Source: an uncultured bacterium (GTDB lineage Bacteria; Chlamydiota; Chlamydiia; Chlamydiales; SM23-39). Taken from it: a DNA stretch of 64,000 nt. This document shows positions 63,849 to 64,000 of this stretch, piece after piece. The notes beneath the pieces are model-generated. The model did no database searches. It had not been told where the DNA came from and was given only the letters and a program-made list of their open reading frames with translations. The translations under genes were made by a program, and so were the position numbers. Numbering within the stretch: the stretch's first letter is position 1; every line of letters begins with the position of its first letter. Where the stretch lies: assembly GCA_964458995.1 (NCBI GenBank), contig CAYWKW010000001.1, positions 3,462-67,461 on the forward strand. Direction: 5' to 3'.

Positions 63849-64000
63849 ATTAAAAGCTCGATCAGTTGTTTTGCCCTCTTGGACCAGTCTTGTCCTTCTG
63901 CGTAACCACGATAAAAATCCCTCTTTGGATTTTGAATCGCATGGACCAAACTTCTTTTGAACTCGTCATCTGTTTTGCACAAATAGGCGGGGGACGCGAT
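63845..64000 (-). CDS. 3' end of a further gene, probably a glycosyltransferase (C-terminal 51 codons); continues beyond the window
   Basis: The minus-strand frame is open from 64000 and reads [51 protein letters not shown]. Its TGA overlaps the wecB ATG (TATGA). The tail resembles GT4 C-termini. Confidence 0.4.
   Translation of the reverse strand: MASPAYLCKTDDEFKRSLVHAIQNPKRDFYRGYAEGQDWSKRAKQLIELLI

Noticed and set aside
1-64000. Search by eye for tRNA, rRNA, tmRNA, RNase P, transposase, integrase, phage or cas genes.
   Set aside because: None was recognised. The intergenic regions are short or are occupied by the repeats described above. A proper tRNAscan/Infernal run is still needed to exclude small RNAs.

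Overview
The window is almost fully coding and looks like part of an environmental Chlamydia-like genome. This is inferred from gene content only: a 723-aa long-form GreA, a long ThyX next to hemB, tandem tyrP permeases, and a Cys/Pro-rich MOMP-like porin. I recognised no rRNA, tRNA, CRISPR, transposase or phage genes.

Layout:
- 1-13.1 kb: housekeeping and envelope genes (GH63-like hydrolase tail, MOMP-like porin, OppA-like SBP, MTHFS, MORN lipoprotein, PilM/GspL-like membrane protein, YggT, Dus, NYN/YacP, RdgB, epoxide hydrolase, EthD).
- 13.1-19.2 kb: an accessory island. It holds a membrane-anchored lipase-like protein, four paralogous lipoprotein genes and an AAA/DUF234-type ATPase, arranged as a segmental duplication with reciprocal deletion relics.
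- 19.2-29.6 kb: greA, yjbH, hemB, thyX, tyrP x2.
- 29.6-34.7 kb: two tandem 846/848-aa inverse-autotransporter-like genes with beta-helix passengers.
- 34.8-38.3 kb: uvrB and yvcK.
- 38.4-64 kb and beyond: a large glycan biosynthesis and export locus with visibly mixed base composition.

The glycan locus contains a heparinase II/III-like protein and three paralogous 9-TM membrane proteins. It also has an ArnC/GtrB-like GT2 plus a GT2 relic, an SMR/EamA-like small transporter and a GT4. Sugar-modifying enzymes include a DegT aminotransferase, two UDP-sugar dehydrogenases, SDR enzymes, a sugar C-methyltransferase, an acetyltransferase and an ADH-Gfo/Idh/MocA fusion. The rest are Wzm/Wzt, AsnB-like, GT17-like, WecC and WecB genes.

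Non-genic structure:
- A dispersed 60-bp-period palindromic repeat family occurs at four loci. One is an in-frame 81-bp insertion in a CDS and one is a 3 x 60 bp array.
- A 22-unit hexanucleotide repeat mosaic.
- Two long imperfect palindromes (about 410 bp and 171 bp).

Best candidates for something undescribed:
- The lipase-like gene with its tandem lipoprotein array, which resembles an effector/immunity layout.
- The paired inverse autotransporters with a diverged central cassette.
- The Arn/Gtr-like module with three alternative membrane proteins, inside an O-antigen or capsule-like locus that is unexpected for a chlamydial lineage.

All homology calls come from reading the translations from memory. 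No searches were run.
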